In this document: positions 56,941-64,000 of the stretch, one piece after another
Layout of the letters: each line of letters opens with the position of its first letter
Position numbering within the stretch: position 1 is the first letter of the stretch
Assembly (NCBI GenBank): GCA_965215505.1
Contig: OZ244065.1
Location: forward strand, 4,640,001-4,704,000
Direction: 5' to 3'
Origin: Capsulimonadaceae bacterium
GTDB taxonomy: Bacteria; Armatimonadota; Armatimonadia; Armatimonadales; Capsulimonadaceae
DNA: 64,000 nt
The notes under the pieces: model-generated
Databases searched by the model: none
Told to the model about the DNA's origin: nothing
What the model saw: only the letters and a program-made list of their open reading frames with translations
Position numbers and translations under genes: made by a program

Positions 56941-57207
56941 GTGTTTCGTCTTAGAACAGATAAAGAAGATGCCCGCCCGAAGAACATCATCGCCAAACGG
57001 GTACGGGAGGCGCGTCGGCGTTTCCAGCCGCGTATGACGCAGGCAGATCTATCTACTACACTTCAGGAAATGGGCGTCCGCATTGACCGTGCTGGCATCA
57101 GCAAGATTGAGGGTGGGGAGCGGGTCGTGCTGGATTTTGAGCTAAAGGCGATTGGGGAGGCTCTGTTGGTAAAAGTGGGATGGCTACTCAATGAGGTTGA
57201 GCCATAA
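56941..57207 (+). CDS. XRE-family HTH transcriptional regulator
   Basis: KNIIAKRVREAR...MTQADLS......I.R..ISKIEGGER.V.DFEL..I..AL.V...WL. Confidence 0.88.
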   Translation: MFRLRTDKEDARPKNIIAKRVREARRRFQPRMTQADLSTTLQEMGVRIDRAGISKIEGGERVVLDFELKAIGEALLVKVGWLLNEVEP

Positions 57208-57791
57208 GCGCCACTGAAAAAATCAGGTACTAACGAGCACGCCGCATCCATCTAAATGTCCACTTACTTGATTTTCTGAGTAATCGCCACCTCCCGCTGA
57301 ATGATTTGCCGCGTGCCTGTTGAGTGGAGAGGAGCCGAACGAGATGCGGCGGGCAGGGAGCCTAAAATATACTGCGGTAAGCGCAATGAGATTAACGAGA
57401 GGGCGACGTAATCCCTGCATCTGACGGATGCTGTTCGGCTCATTCCGTTGTGGCTGAGATCATAAAGAAACAGCAAGGTAGTAGAGGACAATGCTAGCAG
57501 ATTTGGTACGACAGGCTTGGACTACGGGGGATGCTGGACCTCACGATGGTTGCTATTGTTGATGCGATGATATGGCCAGTGCGATGGTGTTCTTGCAGCG
57601 GTAGCAGGGGACGAACTGGAAGACGCAGATCGCACTGACGCCCTGGATCGTGTCCCGATTCGAGCCGCTCTCGGTGCTGGGGGAAAGCAACGGGATCAGA
57701 GACCTTCTGGCGGAGTGCTTCCAGATGGTGATCCGCACGATGGTCTTGAAGGGAACACTCGGGTGCGTCCCGCTATTCGAGCGGTTCAAGT

Positions 57792-60700
57792 GTTTCAATT
57801 CCAGCCTGGTTCTATTAGAAGCTGGTGGCGCAGATCCGCGAGCAGGAGCAGCCGGTCTAGTTTCAATCCCAGCCTGGTTCTAATTAGAAGAAACGCAAGG
57901 CCGACACGATCCGTTTTGACGAACCTATGTTTCAATTCCAGCCTGGTTCTATTAGAAGGCCGCCCGGCTGTGACAGGCTCCTAGAGGGCATAGAATCGTT
58001 TCAATTCCAGCTTGGTTCTATTAGAAGACGGCACCGGGCCGCAGGGGGCCGGGAGCATTGGCTAGTTTCAATTCCAGCTTGGTTCTATTAGAAGCCGGCG
58101 GCAGGGAGGCGGACAGGAGCGCCGGGGCGTCCCCGAGTTTCAATTCCAGCTTGGTTCTATTAGAAGCTTCATCTTCGCGCCGAGCAGGGCGGCCTGCCGC
58201 TCCCACGTTTCAATTCCAGCTTGGTTCTATTAGAAGCGGCAGCTTCTATCTTGGGGACGACTACATGAGTCACAGGTTTCAATTCCAGCTTGGTTCTATT
58301 AGAAGCCGGCCTGTCTCCGACGCGGAGGCAAAGGCGTACATTCATGTTTCAATTCCAGCTTGGTTCTATTAGAAGCGGAGCGGGGGCAAGCGGGCATGAG
58401 CCTCTACGCCGTGTTTCAATTCCAGCTTGGTTCTATTAGAAGCTTGACGCTGAGGCCGACGCCCGCGCCGGACTGCCCCGCGTTTCAATTCCAGCTTGGT
58501 TCTATTAGAAGCCTCCCGCAGCCCGGCGTGGACCACCGACTCCATCCACGTTTCAATTCCAGCTTGGTTCTATTAGAAGGCCGTCAGGCCGGAGCCATAT
58601 CCACACGCCGTCGCGAGTTTCAATTCCAGCTTGGTTCTATTAGAAGGCGCTTCTGGTTATAGAGCATCGTCAAGGTCCAGTTTCGTTTCAATTCCAGCTT
58701 GGTTCTATTAGAAGACCCGGTGGGGGCGCTCGGGGTGACCTCCACGGACGGGTTTCAATTCCAGCTTGGTTCTATTAGAAGACTCGGGCGACGGCTCCCG
58801 CCCACGGCCGACGAGCTGGTTTCAATTCCAGCTTGGTTCTATTAGAAGGGCCGCCCTCACCTTCGCCCAAGCCTTGCAGGAGCGGTTTCAATTCCAGCTT
58901 GGTTCTATTAGAAGCCGTCTTCCAGGGCGCGGACGTGGACCGGCTGATCGGTTTCAATTCCAGCTTGGTTCTATTAGAAGAGTAGTAAACGTCCGCGTCT
59001 CCGGGCGCAACGTCGTCGGTTTCAATTCCAGCTTGGTTCTATTAGAAGGATATTTGGTTGAGCCATCGCCTTTGAGTCCCAGGTTTCAATTCCAGCTTGG
59101 TTCTATTAGAAGGCCCAGACAGCCTCGAAAATGGGCGCTTTCCATTCATCGTTTCAATTCCAGCTTGGTTCTATTAGAAGACCGAAGGCCTGTCGCAAGT
59201 GTGGGCGCGTGGAACGGGTTTCAATTCCAGCTTGGTTCTATTAGAAGCACCCCGAAAATGTCTAAAACAGACAGCGGGAGTAACTGAGTTTCAATTCCAG
59301 CTTGGTTCTATTAGAAGCTCGTAGACCAGCCGCGCCCAGCGCAGGTCGACCTGTTTCAATTCCAGCTTGGTTCTATTAGAAGCTGGCTCACCCGCCCACG
59401 CCCTCGTTCGCGGGCAACCCGTTTCAATTCCAGCTTGGTTCTATTAGAAGATGATGTCCGCGAAAAAGCCGGGGGCCAGGTTGACGGTTTCAATTCCAGC
59501 TTGGTTCTATTAGAAGCCGTGCCGGACGTTCCCGACGACGCGGCGCTGTATCTCCGTTTCAATTCCAGCTTGGTTCTATTAGAAGGAGGTCGTGAACACG
59601 CCGCCCGTGTCAAAGTTGAGCGTGTTTCAATTCCAGCTTGGTTCTATTAGAAGGTCGTCAGCCGGTGCGGGTTTGTTTTCCATTGGTTCACCTTTGTTTC
59701 AATTCCAGCTTGGTTCTATTAGAAGCAGTAGCCGAACCACTCCTGGAGCAGCCCGATCCACTCGTAGATGTGGTCTTCTAGTTTCAATTCCAGCTTGGTT
59801 CTATTAGAAGAGGCAGTAGACGCGCTTGTTAATTGCGCCGTAATACATTGTTTCAATTCCAGCTTGGTTCTATTAGAAGCATGGGGTCGCACCCGGCAGG
59901 GTCGCACTCGCAACCCTTGTTTCAATTCCAGCTTGGTTCTATTAGAAGTTACCGGCCCGTCCGCCGCCGTCAGCACGGACACTAGTTTCAATTCCAGCTT
60001 GGTTCTATTAGAAGGGGCCGGCACGACGCGCACGTTGGAGGCATACGAGTTTCAATTCCAGCTTGGTTCTATTAGAAGCGGGTCCAGGACGTTGCCAATG
60101 TCCGAGAAAGCAAGCTTCGTTTCAATTCCAGCTTGGTTCTATTAGAAGTGGTCCCTAACGCCTCGGCATCATGGGAATCAACCTGTTTCAATTCCAGCTT
60201 GGTTCTATTAGAAGATGGGGACGCTGACACCCGAGCAACACATCGCCATCAATAGTTTCAATTCCAGCTTGGTTCTATTAGAAGTCGATACTTCATCGTG
60301 GTAGATGAGGGTATCCAGCGTTTCAATTCCAGCTTGGTTCTATTAGAAGGATCGGCAGCTCGACGCTCAGGAACGCCTCATTGCCGTTTCAATTCCAGCT
60401 TGGTTCTATTAGAAGCCGCATCCGCGTGGACGAGGGCGCGGAGCAGAAGGACCTGTTTCAATTCCAGCTTGGTTCTATTAGAAGACGGGGCATAATAGCG
60501 GTGGTAACGCCCCAGCAGGAGAGTTTCAATTCCAGCTTGGTTCTATTAGAAGCATGGAGACTCAGGCGACCCATCCCGCCCCCCACGAGTTTCAATTCCA
60601 GCTTGGTTCTATTAGAAGCTGACCGGTGCGCGCCACCTGTACGTCCTCCCCTAGTTTCAATTCCAGCTTGGTTCTATTAGAAGGCTGCTGGTGGTCGCGG

Positions 60701-63518
60701 CCGGCGACCGCTGCCTGTACCAGTTTCAATTCCAGCTTGGTTCTATTAGAAGTCGCCGCCTCCCAGCCCCAAGGCGAGTCGGAATACATTGTTTCAATTC
60801 CAGCTTGGTTCTATTAGAAGGTTCTGGGACCTCGGGCGGGGCGGCTGGCACGGGCTGGTTTCAATTCCAGCTTGGTTCTATTAGAAGCACGGCGGGCGCG
60901 TCCTGGCCGTCACGGTCGTTACGAGTTTCAATTCCAGCTTGGTTCTATTAGAAGACATCGTGGCCCCCTTACTTCCCGAGCATGACGCGGGTTTCAATTC
61001 CAGCTTGGTTCTATTAGAAGCCATCAGTTGCAGGATGTTCATAGCGCGCTAGTCTTTGTTTCAATTCCAGCTTGGTTCTATTAGAAGTCCACGTCCGAGT
61101 TGTAGACGCGCAGGATCGCACGGTTTCAATTCCAGCTTGGTTCTATTAGAAGTCGGCGCAGGGTCAGGACTGTAGGCCGCATATCCTTGTTTCAATTCCA
61201 GCTTGGTTCTATTAGAAGCCGCCGTGCGACGCTGGCCTCGCACATCGCCGCCTCGACTTGTTTCAATTCCAGCTTGGTTCTATTAGAAGGCGCGCTGGAG
61301 GCCGAAACCATCGACGCCCTGCCGGTTTCAATTCCAGCTTGGTTCTATTAGAAGCAGCGGGCGGAAGTACTCGGCAGCCCGCTGGATGCCTAGTTTCAAT
61401 TCCAGCTTGGTTCTATTAGAAGGAGCAGGTACACCCCGTCCCCGACGATGTGGAAGTTGTTTCAATTCCAGCTTGGTTCTATTAGAAGTTGACGGTCAGG
61501 CCCTTGACAATATGAGCCGGGATGTAGGTTTCAATTCCAGCTTGGTTCTATTAGAAGGGGGATTGATCTGCCACCCCGGAGGCCGCCACAGCTGTTTCAA
61601 TTCCAGCTTGGTTCTATTAGAAGCGTCGCGCGGGTTGGCGTAGCAGACTTTCCACAGGAACGTGTTTCAATTCCAGCTTGGTTCTATTAGAAGAATCGAA
61701 GTGCATAAAGGCTGGCACCGTCACCCGAAGTTTCAATTCCAGCTTGGTTCTATTAGAAGTCAAGGGGGCGACCACGGACCTGGGCGGCAAGCTGCTGTTT
61801 CAATTCCAGCTTGGTTCTATTAGAAGCGTCCCGGTCGCCGTGCCGGGGTCCCAGGCGTCCGTGTCGTTTCAATTCCAGCTTGGTTCTATTAGAAGCTTGC
61901 CCGTAGTGCTGTGCGTGGTCTACACACGAGGGCAGGTTTCAATTCCAGCTTGGTTCTATTAGAAGCTGGCAGAACACCGGTTGGTTCACTGCTCCAGGTC
62001 CTCCACGTTTCAATTCCAGCTTGGTTCTATTAGAAGGCTTCGGCCCGCTGACCGGCGCGGGCAGCCTCAGCGTGTTTCAATTCCAGCTTGGTTCTATTAG
62101 AAGCCTCCCACCCGTCCAACTCCCTCCCCCGGACGCTCATGTTTCAATTCCAGCTTGGTTCTATTAGAAGCGGCACGGGGAGCGGCCCCAATGAACACCC
62201 CCCGCAAGTTTCAATTCCAGCTTGGTTCTATTAGAAGAAGCACACCGCCGAGATGCTCCGCGCCCGCTGCATCTGTTTCAATTCCAGCTTGGTTCTATTA
62301 GAAGCTCGTGATCTGTAAAGCAACTGAGGGCAGCAACTTCAGTTTCAATTCCAGCTTGGTTCTATTAGAAGAACGTGGTGCTTTACCACTTGTTGGCCTA
62401 GATGTATGTTTCAATTCCAGCTTGGTTCTATTAGAAGCTCATAAGTTCTTGTCAAGACCTTTCAAGGTTTATTTGTTTCAATTCCAGCTTGGTTCTATTA
62501 GAAGGCAACGTGCGCGGCTTGACTAGGATCATTGGCTTGTTGGTTTCAATTCCAGCTTGGTTCTATTAGAAGTAGAGGTCGCCCGTGTCGGGCCGCACGT
62601 CTAGCATCTCGGTTTCAATTCCAGCTTGGTTCTATTAGAAGGGGTGAGGTAGGTCGGCACGCCCGCCGCGTTTAGCCGCGTTTCAATTCCAGCTTGGTTC
62701 TATTAGAAGACGGCGCAGAAGGTCGCCGCACTGTCCTCGTACCTGCTCGTTTCAATTCCAGCTTGGTTCTATTAGAAGTTTCCCCGTGACCCGCGCCCGT
62801 GTCCTTTTCTCAGAGTTTCAATTCCAGCTTGGTTCTATTAGAAGTCTCCGTCGCCTTCGGGCGCGCGGGCGGCCTCCCCCTCAGTTTCAATTCCAGCTTG
62901 GTTCTATTAGAAGGAGCATCAATCGTGTCTGTAACCATGACGCCCATTATAGTTTCAATTCCAGCTTGGTTCTATTAGAAGCCGATCAACGATGACAACA
63001 CAATCCGTCAGTCTCTCATGCGTTTCAATTCCAGCTTGGTTCTATTAGAAGTGGTGGATCAATCAGCAGAAGCAACAGGTTGAGAAGTTTCAATTCCAGC
63101 TTGGTTCTATTAGAAGCGGGGTCTATGCTCCGTTTCCAGTGGGCGAGAGCATGTTTCAATTCCAGCTTGGTTCTATTAGAAGGACGGAACGGTCGTGGAG
63201 CGCCACCTGTTCAATCACGAGTTTCAATTCCAGCTTGGTTCTATTAGAAGTTTGCCAACGTACTGAAAACGTCCCGGTTCGGCGTGTTTCAATTCCAGCT
63301 TGGTTCTATTAGAAGGCGAGTGCGCCACCACGCGCCGCGCGTCCCGGTCCTCGTTTCAATTCCAGCTTGGTTCTATTAGAAGGCTGGGGCCGCCCCTGAT
63401 CAACATCTCCCAGGGCCTCTGTTTCAATTCCAGCTTGGTTCTATTAGAAGTGGGCCTGCTCAACGTCTATGTGGCGTTCTACATCTATGTTTCAATTCCA
63501 GCTTGGTTCTATTAGAAG
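57792..63518 (-). CRISPR. CRISPR array, 85 repeats / 84 spacers (manual count), 30-bp repeat CTTCTAATAGAACCAAGCTGGAATTGAAAC in transcribed orientation; probably type I-B
   Basis: Plus-strand unit GTTTCAATTCCAGCTTGGTTCTATTAGAAG; the three leftmost repeats are degenerate (trailer end); leader and cas2 on the right; ATTGAAAC 3' end; spacers mostly ~33-42 nt. Confidence 0.98.
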
Positions 63519-63722
63519 ACCACATCTGGTAGTGGTCGGTCATTGCCGTACTAGGTCTGTGAAGGCGAAACGCTGACACAGCCATTATGTCACAGGAATG
63601 GGATTTTTCACCCGCTTTTTGGGGGAAAGAGTCGTCGGCCTTCTCTGTAGCAGAGGGCTACCGGGGGCCGACGACACGCGGATGGAGGCCAAAACGAGCG
63701 AACGGATTGGGTGAGGATCGGG
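63519..63722 (-). promoter_or_regulatory. CRISPR leader
   Basis: Lies between cas2 and the first repeat; inverted repeat GTCGTCGGCC (63631-63640) / GGCCGACGAC (63666-63675); CATAAT -10-like hexamer on the minus strand. Confidence 0.85.
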
Positions 63723-63986
63723 TTAGAGGAAGTTGCTGACGGGGAGCTTCTCGCAGCCGAACACCTGGCGGTCTACCCACTTGGCGTCGCGCAGGACCCA
63801 GAGGAGGACCGAGTCGCGCTCCCCCGTGAGGAGTTTCTTCAGGCCAACCTTCATGGATTCCAGTTTGGACTCCGGCAGGTCGCCCTCGAAGACCGAGTTC
63901 TGGACGCGCGGCAGGAAGCGCCGCATGAACTTGCAGACCTTGCCGACCCGCTCTTCCCCCACGTCGTAGACGACGATGACGTACAT
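63723..63986 (-). CDS. cas2: CRISPR-associated endonuclease Cas2
   Basis: MYVIVVYDV..ERV.KV.K...R.L..VQNSVFEG; GGAGG RBS; adjacent to the array. Confidence 0.96.
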   Translation of the reverse strand: MYVIVVYDVGEERVGKVCKFMRRFLPRVQNSVFEGDLPESKLESMKVGLKKLLTGERDSVLLWVLRDAKWVDRQVFGCEKLPVSNFL

Positions 63987-64000
63987 GATGAAGTCCTCCA

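Noticed and set aside
57210-57790. Short ORFs and possible gene relics between the XRE gene and the CRISPR trailer (also 48653-48980 and 55226-55786)
   Set aside because: No recognisable motif, RBS or consistent reading frame.
57650-63515. Many ORFs with FNSSLVLLE / FQFQLGSIR / SNRTKLELK repeats
   Set aside because: They are translations of the CRISPR repeat, not proteins.
57792-63518. Spacers targeting the adjacent island, or duplicated spacers
   Set aside because: None noticed by eye apart from the leader-junction match; a proper alignment is needed, so no claim is made.

Overview
GC-rich bacterial chromosomal segment; the DUF1559/H-X9-DG protein and gene content suggest Armatimonadota or a similar lineage (inference). 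Left to right: an exbB-exbD-exbD-tonB operon behind a consensus sigma70 promoter with a long structured leader; a diguanylate cyclase; a ~13 kb general-stress cluster (cupin, GH1, GFOR, Nramp, Dps, two Zn-ADHs, MRJP, SRPBCC, SDR) whose three transcription units share a SigB/SigF-like promoter motif; an operon led by two atypical tRNA-like RNAs that continues into a Zn-finger SDR and an RNase-inhibitor-like LRR protein; a two-component system with a divergent Spy/CpxP-like gene; a xyloglucan-type locus (GH74, CE2, GH95, GH5); Fic, oxidoreductases, an IorAB-like pair and a carboxylesterase. From ~42.9 to 57.8 kb lies a decayed island. It starts at an orphan dnaN C-terminal fragment and holds a HEPN plus BolA-like gene pair, a frameshifted tyrosine recombinase, MmeI and EndoVII relics, a PIN/HEPN-like gene split by an intact IS4 element, and a ~100 bp MITE. 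The window ends with an 85-repeat CRISPR array (probably type I-B), its leader and cas2. One oversize spacer is an inverted copy of a leader-repeat junction. All calls come from reading the sequence by eye; no searches were run.
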